64,000 nucleotides of DNA from contig MU008173.1 of the NCBI GenBank assembly GCA_010909165.1, positions 682,001 through 746,000 of the forward strand. The letters run 5' to 3'. Shown in pieces: positions 46,951 through 59,400 of the stretch. The stretch is from Anthoceros angustus (taxonomy: Eukaryota > Plantae > Anthocerotophyta). Below the pieces are notes generated by a model. The model ran no database searches and was not told the DNA's origin. It worked only from the letters and a program-made list of their open reading frames with translations. Both the position numbers and the translations under genes were made by a program. Position 1 is the first letter of the stretch; the number at the start of each line of letters is the position of its first letter.

Positions 46951-47780
46951 TGCGAATGCCTTATCCTAATAGCACTTTATAAATTTGTAATAAGAACTAT
47001 AAACTAATACCTAATGATTTGTTTATTAAGCTAGGACGCTAAGTGTTGACTCTAGAGAAATCATTTTGCTTTGACTGAAGTATCTAATATACCCAATTTC
47101 TTCATGTGTTTATTGTGTAAATCCCGACCTAAGGACTTGGTCAATATGTAGGCTGGGTTGTCCTAAGTTTGGATATAATTTATATCTATAGTTTTATTCT
47201 CTAACATCTCACGTATGTAATGATACTCGACGGCTATGTGCTTAGTTCTAGAGTGGAAGACAGGGTTAGAGCTAGAGCTATGGCTCCCTGACTATCACTG
47301 CACAATGGAGTTGGACTGGTTTGAATATGATTGAGTTCACTCAAAGCTAACCTACTCCATACAATATCCTTAGAGACTGAGGTGAGGACCCTATACTCTG
47401 ACTCGGTACTTGATAAATCAATGGTAGGCTGCTTCTTACTTGACCATGAGATAGAGGCTCCTCCCAAAGAGAACATAGCCCGATACGATTTTCGGCATCG
47501 TCGCCGCATACATGACATATGTTAGAGTTAATTTTGATATGCCGGGTGTCTGCTTATACATGAGTCCTGTGTGCATAGTTCCTTTGAGGTACCTGAATAT
47601 ACGCTTAACACATTGCCAGTGTTGTCTTCCAGGGTTCTCAAGAAACTATGAAACTGCACTAACTTCAAAAGATATATCTGCTCTTGTGAAGTTGCTTAAG
47701 TATATCAAGGTGCCAACAGCATGTCTGTAAGGCACTGCTAACATTTCATCCTTCTCAACTTCTGTTTTGAGACTCATCTC
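44835..47780. repeat. Tandem duplication (~1470 bp; 44835-46300 and 46301-47780) inside Copia element 2
   Basis: ATCTC microhomology at 44835, 46301 and 47776. The copies differ mainly by small indels. Confidence 0.9.
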
Positions 47781-50700
47781 TAAAGTGAGCCTTGTGCCAC
47801 TAGGAAAAGGTGTAGCGGCAGGTTTTGCATCTTCAAGTCCAAACTTTGCTAAACTTTCTTCAATATACTTAGTCTAAACTAAGCTGATGGATTTATTACC
47901 TCTATCCCTGATGATGTTAACGCCAAGGGCTTAGGTCAGCTCTCCCAAGTCTGTCATCTCATAAATACTTCTTAACCATGCTTTAATTTCTGCTAGGTGG
48001 GAGAGTGAGGATGATGCTAAAAATAAATCATCAACATAGAGTAAGAGGTAAAGGATGTTGTTTCCTGATCTTAATATATACATGCTCGCGTCAGCTTTGC
48101 TTTGTACAAAGCCATACTTGATGAGTTTGTCATGTATGTCCTTGTTCCATTCCTTTCCAGATTGCTTTAGGCCATAAAGACCTTTGATTAGTCTACATAC
48201 CCAATCTTCTTTGCCTTTGACTTCATAACCCTCGGGTTGTCTCATGTATATCTCTTCTTGAATAAGTCCATGCAGATAAGCAGTTTTGACGTCCATCATA
48301 TGAAGGTGTAAATCATGTTGAGTGGTCAAGGCAATTATCATTCTTAAGGAGGCAAATTTTGCTATTGGAGCGTATGTAGCCCAAGGTATCTAATCTAGGC
48401 CAGGTATTTGGGTAAACCCTTTGGCTACTAGTCTTGCCTTATATCTTTCAATGGAACCATCACCCTTACGTTTAATTTTGAATACTCATTTACTCCCAAC
48501 TATTTTTCTCCCTTTGGGTGGTTTGACTAATTTCCATGTGGTGTTTTTAACTAGGGAGTCAAACTCTGAGTCCACTGCAGCTTTTCATAAGTCTTTCTCA
48601 GGAGAGGAAAATGCTTGTTTCAAAGTTAGTGGCTCTTCAGGGTCAACCGTAGCTTTGTAGACAGCTTGATGGAAATGGGAAAAAGGTGAAGAGGGATCAT
48701 TAAAAGTAATAAGATATCCCAAAGGTGGTTCCTTCCATCCTGCAAGCCCAGAGACAGCAAGTCTGGTTCTTAGGTTGTACCTTGGTGCAGGTTGTACATC
48801 TTCATTGACGACTTGTTCGAATGTTGACTTCTTCAGAGTTGTTCATATGTAGGAGAACAGCTCATCTTCAACCGTATATTCAGTCGAGAATTCATTTTCC
48901 GGACATAAGGGAGATCCTCAAGATGTTGAGGAATTTCCATATCTGGATCTGGAGTCCTAGGTCGTCTTGGAGAATGTGGCTCAATCACAGTATAGGTTCA
49001 ACCAAAGGAGAGGAAGGGGAGGAATGTACAGTAATGAATTCGTCAGCATCAAAAAACGAAGGCTGGCTATTGTCATCAGGAAGGAAAATAGAGGAGTCCA
49101 CTGAAGGGGAGAGGATGGGAGACTCATGAAAGATAACGCTCCTAGCATATATAAGTCTCCTTGTAGTGGGATCAAATAATTTGTATCCTTTAATGCCTTC
49201 AAGTAGTATAAAAGTACACTTGGTTTATCATCTAATTTTTCACTGCTTTTTAGGAATAAAACATAAGCGACCCAAAAGTCCGGAGATGGTCGATGGAAGG
49301 CTTTCTCCCAATGAATGCTTCGTAAGGTGTCATACCTGTGACTGCAGATGTTGGGATTCAATTGATGAGATAGGTTGTTGTGAGCATTGTTTCAGCCCAG
49401 TAAGTCTTGGATAATGTAGCTTGGGAGAGCAAGCAAAGGATCTCTTGAAGGCGAAATTTTCTCCGCCTCCCGAGGTGTGTGTACAACTGTGAGTTGTTGA
49501 GCTATACCTACAGCTCGACAAAATGCAGCAAAATTATTCGATGTAAACTCTCCTCCATTGTCGGAACGGAGGGTCTTGAGTTTCTTGTCCGTAAGTCTCT
49601 CTGCCCACATCATGTAGTCTTTGAAATACTGAAAGGCTTGACTTTTGTATTGAAGGATGTATGTTGTTGTGAAGCGGGAGAAGTCATCTATGAAGGTGAT
49701 GAAGTATCTGCAACCACTAAAGGAGGGGGCAGAGATGGGGCCACAAATGTCTGTATGAACTAACTCAAGAGGGGCACGGGCCCGCTGTGGAGAGTTGTTG
49801 TGGAAGGGGGCTTGGTGTCGTTTGGTTAGGACACAAGCCTCGCACCAGGATAAAGGTTTTATCTGAGAGAGGGTGGGAGTTCTATAGAGATTTCCCTTAG
49901 ACATTTGTATGAGTTTTTGGCTATTAGGATGACCTAATCGACACTGCCAAAATATGGTATTGGAGGAGGTAACAGAATTGTGGGACGCTACATGTACGCT
50001 ATGTAAGGGACCCACTTTGACAGACAGTTTATATAGCCCGTCCACTAGTATGCCAAAGCAGATGGTATGTGACTTATTTGTGAGATATGAAATAAGGCAA
50101 CTATCTACGTTAAGGATGACTTGCATGCTATGTTTTTAACATGAGCTAGTGGCAGACACTAGGTTCTTACACATGGAGGGTACATGAAGGACTTGGGAAA
50201 GAGAGAGAGTTTGGCTCGAAGAACATCTCAACACAACTGAACCTAGCTATGCCCAATATGGGAAGGTTGTGATTATCACCCAGGAGGACAGACTTGTGTC
50301 CTGTGACTAGAGAGTAAGACTCAAAAGAGTTTTTGTTGTGACAAATATGAGATGTGGCCCCACTGTCCATATACCAGAATTGGTTTGATGACTTAGTTGA
50401 TGTAAAGCAGACAGTAAGGGCCGATGGTATTGTCAAAGATTGTTTCTTGACAGCAACATGTGCTCCAGGTGCGGCCTCCCTTTTAGGCTCGCCGTTCTTC
50501 TTTTTCTTGCAGTCCAACAAGGAAAATTTTTTCTTCCACAACAGGTGCTTCCAACAAGGAAAAATTTCACACCAAACTAAAGACAAAAAACATCTACGAT
50601 TGTGGGTCCATACCCTAAACCCCTAAGCTTCGAAACACCTGCACCCTCCCCCTCTGGCTGCAAACAAACGCGCCATGCTAAAGTGTGAAGAGCAAGGAGC

Positions 50701-51746
50701 ATGAGACCCGCGTGAACATCCAATAGCATGCAACACACAAGTGGCCAGGTTCATTTTGGCAAGCGACTTGTGCACCAGGATGCCTCAGCGCCAAGCGGAG
50801 ACCAAGATTTGCACACAACATCTGATTCAATGGCAGCACACCAAAATTCACACACCAACACCGTTGGAGAGCCACCTTCAATACTAGCTTTATGCAGCAC
50901 ATATCCTGACAGTATGATTCACCCAGGCACCCACACCCGGTAACGCTCGAACTCAAGAATCGCGCAACCCGGCTAAACCCTCCTCCGGGAATTGCAGGAA
51001 ATTCAACCGATTCCCATCAGACCTACTCCTACAAAGACCACTTGTACATCTCTCGATTCGCAGTTCTCGACAACAAAGAAACAACTGCATCTTTAAGGCC
51101 CGTAGGGGAGGAGTCCGAAAATCAAGGAGAGGAGCACGATGAAACCACCCAATTGCCGACATGGACCGAAAACCGGTCTCATCTTCAAAACTCTTCGCCA
51201 ACGCCTTGGCCACTTGCCGCCTTCAGACTGCACCCCTCACTTCCCAAGGTAGTCACATCGCCACGCATTGCACGCCACACAAATACTCTCGCTGTGGAAG
51301 TCGAAGGAGGTGTTGGCACTTCCTCATTCCCCTCTTGTCTAACAACCTGCACGCTGGTTCTTTGCTGTGCCTCATCCCTTACAGCAGCTTGCCTCTCACG
51401 CCGCCACGCTTGTTGGTCGCGCAGACGGCCGGTCGGCCGGTGACCGATTCTCGCCTCCTTGCTCACTCAAGTCCTCCTATACACCTTCCTCTCCGCTAGC
51501 ACATTTGCTTTCCATGCACATCTCCAACAGCCCTGTGATCCAGGGCGGGAAAAACTTGCGCCCAACATTGCAACCAACAAACCCCATCACCTAACCTAAT
51601 TCGAAACGTCAACCTCAATTGACTTTCGCGGTGATGGCATGCCACCACCTGGTAGCCGCTTGACAACTTAGCTACTACCACGTTTTTGACCACCAAAGCG
51701 TGCAAACACCCCCTTCTCCATGTGGTTAGGATTCTGCACCCATTAC

Positions 51747-54700
51747 TGTGGTGACCACATGGGTACTCAGACCCCCTCGAAAAGGAGTGTTTTTTTTGTT
51801 TTGTGTTTAAGTTGTGAGAATCGTGTGGAGTTGGAATGTGAAGTAGGTTAGGAAATAAGAAAAGTCTACTAGAGCCTAGTAGGAGGAAGAGAGTCTAGTC
51901 CCGATCGGATGTAACCTTGGAGGTTGGCTGCTCGTTGGCACGGATGCTAGGCCGTTGCTAACAGACTGCTAGGACATGAACCGACTTGGGAGCCTGCTAT
52001 GGTAGCAACCAAGTCGGAGTTATTTTCCGATAAATTTGGAAAACCAATTGAGCAAATCATTGGAAAATACGAACGAGAAGTAACGGCGGGGGTCCTAGTA
52101 GCAATTAAGTCCAGCGGGAGGAGGAATAATTGCAAAGAACCGGAGGCGCGCCCAAGCTCGGAGCGAGTCGTGGACGAGACCGAGCGAACGCCGAAGGACA
52201 CAAGGGCGCGGCACAATGGAGTCGCTGAGGCATGCCGACGAGAGAAGGCCGAATCGGAGTGGCAGTCCGAATGCGTGATGGCGGTAGAAGGTCAGAGGTC
52301 GGTGCATACCTGGCGAGGGGAGCCGAGGCGCGAACGGATTGGCGAGGAAGCCCAAGACGCGCGTATGGCGCAAAGAATCGAAGCGCGCTACCGCAACAAT
52401 GTGGAATAATCGGGCCGAGCACTCGAAGCCGGGCGAAGGCTCAAGGCGACGGCTGGTACCGCAAGAAATCGAGGAGAGCGGGTGGATCGAAGGGCGGAAG
52501 GGAGCCAGGAATTGCGCCAGGAAAGAGGGTGGGCGTGCACGAGGTAGGTGCAATTGTGGCACGCACCCTAAGGGAGCTGCGGAGGGTGAGACGAAGCGCA
52601 CTGTGGGGGTCACCGCTCAACCGGGTTGCAGGATACCCCCGCCTCACATATTTGAGGTGGAAGGCGATGGCTTGAGCGGGAGCAAAGTGCATGTTGATGC
52701 GAGGATTGGAATAGGGTTCCAATTCTGTGGTGGTGCTCCGACGGGAGAAAATAGGCTGGCGGGTGGAATAAGTCGTGGGTGGTCGACGCGCTGTGAGACA
52801 CGGACAAGCCGAGGGGCGCCGCGAGACAAGTGATGTAGGAGGGAGGTTGGTGGATTCCACCGAGAAAAATCCGTACTGCCACTGTGGAGATGGGTACGAG
52901 GAGCGAGCGGAGCTACTAGGGGATCCTTCAAAATGTAAGAAGTGGGTGAGGAGTCGACCGGAGGGCGACAGCACATAAGGCTTGTGCAAGTGGCGGTGTA
53001 GCCGGACACTTTGCTGTAAACTCTAGGCTCGCCACACGACAAGGAGCATGGGACCTAAGAAGAACACTGGGCCATTGAGGCCATTACCACATTCAATGGC
53101 CCAACATGGGGCAATCGGAGAGTGAAGGGTTCTTGGTGGCTAAGCATCACTTGTCCTTCATGGACAAAAAGTGGTGCTACAAGACCTAGTTGGTTCGGGA
53201 GTGCACATGAGGGAGAAGGCTGTGGGAAGGCAACACGAGAACCAACCCCGCACTGGAATATTCGTTGTGCTGTCTATGAGAGGCCTCAAGAGGAATGTGG
53301 AATAATCATTGATCCTTTCGTGAAGCCATCTCCCCAAAAGTCAGGAGGCACAAGTCGCCATTGCTCCCACATTGTCTAGGGTGGAGAATGGCGGGTCACC
53401 AACAAGTTAGACCCCGAGCTGGCCGGATTAGCCAGTGGATCCTGTGCTCTCACTCACTAAGAAGCTAGAGCACATTGCGACCATTTTCTTGTCTTTCTCT
53501 ATGAGGTGGTGAGAGGGTCCAAGATAGATTGGGCTAGGATGTTCTATGACACAAGATGGTGGAGAGGGACCACTTGACCCTACCATCACCCAGCCCCTCA
53601 GCCTCTATCTCCTTCTTAATCCACATTTTGACCATGCCAAGTTGCCGGAGGGATAGAGATGGTCTCACCTTCCATGCCCGGAGGCCGGTTTGAAAGAAGG
53701 AAGCCCAAAGAGGAGTGAGGAAGAGGCCATCTCCGTGGCACCGGGAGTGAAGATGAGAAGTCCAAGTGTCCATGAAGAGGAATGTGGCGCTTGCTAAGGC
53801 ATCACATTGCTAACAAAGCAACCGGAGTTGCTAAGACCCAACAGCACCAAGAGAGGTCGGAGCAACAGGGACTCCAACCACTCCTAGAGCCACAAGAGCA
53901 CGACGGGAGCTCACCCGGATGTAAAGTGACAAGGAAAGGCTGTGGCAGCACTGGAGCCGTGGAGCGTGGGAAACCACAGTCAACAGGAGGAACAACCTTG
54001 GGCACCGAGCCGATCCGAAAGTCACCACTGCTCAAGGGTGACCTCAAGTATACCCCGAAGTGGTCGCAGGGGAGAGCCATGCGATAGGAAGGAGGGAACC
54101 CATCCCCAAGGGTTTGGGGCCTAACATCACCGCAAGAGTGGGCTATGGCACGCACTAGGTGAGATGGAGGACCGATAGCTCGTCCTCTTTGTTAGGTTTA
54201 CAGCAGCAGGGGAACAACAGGAGCAAAGGAGCTCCGTGGAATGAAGCAGGAGAAGGAGGTCTTGGAGGGACGCCTAGGTAGCATGGAAGCGGAATTAAGG
54301 AAGGTCCGAGAAGAGTTGCGGAAGACCAAGGATCGTGAAACCCTCATGGTTCAGCCCTGACGCACAAAGCACCATAGGGGAGCCGCAATGTCATCTCGAT
54401 GCGCAAGTTCAGCCGAAACCGCGGATGCCTCACGCCACAAGAAGGAGAGGACGAGGCAAGGAAAGGTTGGAAAGAGGCCAAGAGGGCTGGATTGCAAGGA
54501 GAGCCACCGTGGAAGATGCGGAGCCTCCATGGAAGAATCTGTCGAGTTAGCAATGAGAGGAGTTGCTAAGCAACCGCCGGGCGCTAAGGAAGCACACTCT
54601 GCACTGCTAAGGGAGCAACAGCTCCAAGACCAGCTACAACAAGGAAGAAGGGGCAAAGACCGTGAGGAGGACAACAGCTGGGGGAGCGGTAAGCACCGCC

Positions 54701-56403
54701 TAAGAAGTCTAACTTCCCAATGGTGCATTAGATTGAGGGATGCTTATCAAGATAACCATGTGCCCGGATTCTCCTTGGCTGGAGAGAAGATTGTCTCCGA
54801 AAGTTTATGTTGTTGTGGGCAGGGGACATGGAGGTACTTGATCCATGCCTTGACGGCACGGATCCTACCTATGGGTTGGATTCTTATGGAGGAAACTCTC
54901 ACCGATCCAGATTCAAGAGCTCACCGAGGAGGAGTACCATGCGGCGAGCACAAGAGAGAGAGGAGTCCAGCTGAGGAGGTGGAGATTTTATGGGAGAGAT
55001 TGCCCAACCAGCCAAGAGGGAGGAGAGCAAGAGGAGAACATGGGCCTAGGAGGCCTGTGAGAGGTAATAGGGTAAGTGGCCCAAATAGCTAAAGGCCCAT
55101 GTGTTATAGATCAAATCTTATCCTCTCATAGTGGATTAGATAGATCCTCTAGGATTGGTAGGCTAAGACCGATATTTTGGCAAGCCAAGCTTTGTAATGA
55201 TCTTGGGTATAAGAGGCACTTGATGAAATGTAAGCAATGTTGGCCTAAGTCTTGGTGTTTAATGAGCACGGGGTTTGGGAGGGTACGATCCAGGCAGTAA
55301 GTCTGCCTCGCAGGGGAGGAGAAGACTACTGTGCCCATCCGGTGGCGATCCGCAAGAGTGGTGGAAAGCAAGGAGGGAGCCTTGTGATCTCCTTGAGGGA
55401 GTTCCTCAAGGTCAAGAGGAAGGGGTTGTGAAGCCGGGAGGCTGTCCTTACTCATTCTCGCAGCTTGTCTAGTACTCACCTTGTGTTTGAGTTTTCGTGA
55501 GTGTCAAGGTCAGGAGAAAAGAAGACAAGGCGGGAGCCTGTGTGTGGAAGAGAAGTCAAGTGAGTGGGCCTGTGGGCTTGTGTTTGGAAAATGAGAGGAA
55601 AAGTGAGTGAGAGAAGTGGAGAATGCCGGACATGGAGAGTTGCTGATTGGCTGTTTGAGAGGAGTAAGAAGGACCGGAGAAGTAAGTGATGTTTGTGTTG
55701 TTGAAGAAGAGAGTGTGAGTGGAGGTTGAAGATCCCGTGAGTGGATGAGACGGAATGATTGTGGTATGAACAAGTATTTTGAGAGTTGGTGAAGTGCTGT
55801 AAGGCTGGATGAGAACCTTGTAAGGACTGGAGGCCGTGAGATGGAAAGTGGAGATTGAATGGGGCGGAGGTGAGAACAAGGAGAGTTGAAGAGATTGCTG
55901 GGAACTTGGAGAGTGTGGGAGAACCTCAAGGTTGGAGGGAAGGTGAGCTGAAAGGCTGAGAGGAGGCAAGGAAGTCTCAAGAAGTCAAGAGGAGAGGGGG
56001 TTATGAGAGCGAATCCGATTGGTGGATCTAACTTGTGGATGAAGAGAGAGAGAGAGAGAGGGTGTCCTTATCCACTTGGATCCCGTGGGTCCCACCTTCT
56101 ATTAATAGCCGACTGATCCCAAGGTGGACCCCACTCGCTAAAATAGAGGGTTGCTAAGATAGCAACCGGGTCTCCCGCTGCTAAGGTAGCAACAGCGTGG
56201 CTAAGATAGCCTGTGTCCGTGTTGTTAGGATAGTAGCCGTCTCAGAATCGCTAGATGTTTTGGTGTCCGTGTTTGGTTGGATTGGCTATGTTTTGGTTGT
56301 CTTGACACGAAATCACCCCTTGGGTACGAATCTCAAGTCTACAACGATAAAGAGGGTAAATGTGGCCTCTTTGTGACCACTTGGTTTAGAAAATCACTCC
56401 ACA
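51747..56403 (+). repeat. 5' LTR of the Gypsy element (~4.66 kb; right end inferred)
   Basis: TG start. The end is inferred at ...cactccaCA followed by ttt and the PBS-like TGGCGCTGTCGGGAG. Only 51747-53645 can be verified against the 3' LTR. Confidence 0.7.
56041..56062. repeat. (GA)n microsatellite in the Gypsy LTR
   Basis: gaagagagagagagagagaggg seen directly. Confidence 0.9.
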
Positions 56404-59400
56404 TTTTGGCGCTGTCGGGAGTGTCATTGTTGTCAAGACCTTAGAGTAGACTAACCTTGTCTAGTAGTGTATTGGGAGTCTTGAGTGTGATACATGGATG
56501 CTACCCATTGAGTCTCGAAAGTTCCGACTCACCGTGAAGAGAAGACTCAAAGAAGAAGACAACGCTGCCGTGGAGCGAGGGGCTGCATCGAGAGCCGAGG
56601 AGAGCACAACAGCAACGACGGAGGAGCCAAGAAGCAAGCAACAGTCGCCTAGGACCGATGCCATCCTTGTCTTCCGACCTCAACTTGTGCAATTACCGTG
56701 AACTCAAGAACTTTTGACAGTATGCTAAGAGATCCTGTTAGACCAACAATCGCGTTGCCGGATAGTGACGATCGCCATGGCGACTTCCTTTTGCAATAAC
56801 TACTGCACCCATACCCACCGTATGGAGAGAGAAGAAGGGTATGAAGATCCGACGAGTTTGTTGAACGCTGAGCAACTAACCATTGCAAATCGTGAACTGG
56901 GATCTGCAAGATTCTCTTCTACGGAGTTCTTCATGGAGGGCCAGCCAAGTGGTACAAGAGGAGTACAAGGCATCAAGACTCAAAGAACCTTCAACGAATC
57001 AAGAAAGCCTTTTGTGAGAGGTTCAGGGAATAGATGTAGAAGGCTACGTGTTGTCAAAGTTGGAGTTTTGAGGAGAAGAAGGAAGGAGACCTTGCAAGCT
57101 TATGTTGAGAGGTTTCTTAACTTGGATCGTGAGTGGTCCTCACTCCGATTTTTGTGCCATTTGGTTTGCTAAGGGGTTAGATTGAGATGGGCCGACATGT
57201 GAGGCTACAAGCGGAGAAGGACGTAGACAAGGCCATCAAGGCGGCACTCAACTACGAAGAATCCAACTCCTTGGACAAGAAGAAGCACAAGAAGGAAAAG
57301 AGCAAGAAGAAGAAATCCAAGCGAGGGAAAAAGAACAAGGGATCTTCGTCGTCGGAGGAAGAATCTTCGGAGGAGAGTGACACCTCTCAAGACTCAGACT
57401 CGGAGGACTCTTCCTCGGAGGATGGTAGCACGGAGGAAGAAACCTCGGAAGACGAAAGACGCAGGAGGAAGAAGAAGGTTGATGTCGCTAAGAAGAAACC
57501 AGCGGCCCGAGGATCAAGGGAGCTGGCCAGGGCTAAACAAGAGGTTGCTAGTGCTAAGAAGGAAGTGGAACAAGTCAAGAGGAGGCTGAAGTCAGTCAAG
57601 AAGGTGCAACAGCAAGAAATGAAGATGGAGGAAATGATGAGCAAATTCGAGAAGTTTCACCTCAACGCCGTAAAGGAGCATGAGAAGAGGAGAGCATCCA
57701 ATGCTCGGGCTAACCTGTTTTGTTCCACTTGTGGCCAGCCAGGTCACACCAAGTCCAACTGTCATGTGGCCAAGGTGCACATGCTCGCCTACGAGGAGGA
57801 GGAAGAGGACTGGCCAGTGGAGGATACCTACCAGATCCAGGAGGTTTCAAGGACAAGATTCCCAAGACCGCCCATCCATCGATGCGCGAATTCCATGGGG
57901 CCGGCATTCAGAATAACCAAGTGCCTGTGGTTGCTAACCAAGCAACGGGTGTGGTTCGCTACAACTGTAGGGGCTTTGGTCATTATGCAAATAGCTGTTC
58001 ATCAGCAACAAGACAGGCCAATGGTGACTACGAACGGCTGTGCCAAGACTGCAAACAACAGGGTCATGTAGCGGGGAGTGTCACTTGCCCAAACCGAGGA
58101 AGATCGCTCAATTGCTCAACCACCGTGATGAGTTCAAGCAGCATCCCAAGGAGCCGTGCCATGCACGTGGAGGATGCCCTTATGGTCGCTTGGGAGGATG
58201 CGAAGCCATGGTGTTGCGAGCTAGATGGACCGGGGGTGAGGAGACTATTACGAGGTGCAGCCATGGTCAGGCGCACTAGGAGTGAAAAGCTAGGAGGAAG
58301 CTGCGGAAGAAGAAAGAGACGGAGGTGGAATCAGCCGCAAAGTCTGAAGAGAGCACTCCAAGCCTGGAGGGAACGGATCTCGAGGAGACACTTGAGAAGG
58401 AGAACCCCGAGAAGGAAGAATCAAGGAGTGAATCGCCTGGGGGCCATGCTGGAGAAAAAGAAGTTCCAGCAAAAGGGAGAGGAAACCCGGAGTTTCCACC
58501 GGACGTGCGCCGGGAAGTCATGGAGATGATAGAGGAGGAATTGACCAAGACAGCTGAAACTGCTGAGCCTGTGATCCTGGAGACTGCAGAAAGTCCTCCT
58601 TAGCAACCGCCGTTGCTAAGGCGGCCGTTGCTAAGCAAGCAACCGCCGACGTTGTTGCTAAGGGAGCAACCGCGACTGTTGGAAGAAGGAGGGACTGATC
58701 GAGGACCATTTAACCTCAAGCCATCATGGATCGCAGCTATCACGCTTTGGTCAACTATTGAAGGACAACCAAGGCAACAAGTGAGGGCCTTGCAAGAAGC
58801 GCAACCCAAGAGGAAGAGGCGATTGCCCAAGCCAGACCAAGGGTGCCGACTCACAACAACCTAGTGTCCATGATAGACCAAGGCCGGAGCCGCAAGGAGA
58901 TCGGCCGTGTCATCAAGCGGTTCCTTGGATACCGGATCCGGGTGAACATCATGACGGAAGCAATAGCATTGAGCATACCAGGCCGAGATTACGACATGTC
59001 AAAAATGCAGCCTGGGGAGAACCATCATGGAGTAACTACCTACCATAGGGACCGTCAGTATGGCTCAAGATGCAAGATGACTTGGGAGGAAGGAAGTGGC
59101 TTTTAAGCCAATGGATTGGGACCCCAAGACAAGGAGGCGAATTTGTTTGAGTTGGAGCAGGATACCACTGTGGGAGACTCCTACAAAGAACGGAAGGATA
59201 CACATCACCGGAGAAACATCCGACTGGAGGAAGAAGGAGAACGACAAATTTCCTTTTGCACATATCGCATGGTCGGATGAGGAGGAGGTATAGGAGGGAT
59301 ATCCTTACTCCCTCAATTTGGTGGGCTTTGGGTTCATGGAGGACACCAGTGAGGAGAGGCGTGACCGCCCGTTGCTAAGCAGTTGCTAAGGAAGCATGAT

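Larger units (their letters stand above)
43764..50620 (-). mobile_element. Internal region of Ty1/Copia element 2 (degenerate; gag and 5' LTR missing or disrupted)
   Basis: Protease WYMDSGATSHIC (50167-50586), WQCRLGHPN and integrase VHTDICGP...LRSDNGGEF (49392-50126), RT MDVKTAYLHG...LYGLKQSG...LLLYVDD (47931-48341), and RNase H WSSKKQPTIDLSSTESEY...SDSQGAIALA (47234-47518). Confidence 0.9.

Noticed and set aside
50608-50626. CCCTAAA telomere-like motif (also TTAGGGTTT at ~35150 and ~35199)
   Set aside because: Only one or two units are present, with no array, so this is not an interstitial telomere.
57205-57780. Hydrophobic or Ser-rich minus-strand ORFs
   Set aside because: They are antisense shadows of the Lys/Glu/Ser-rich Gypsy gag region.
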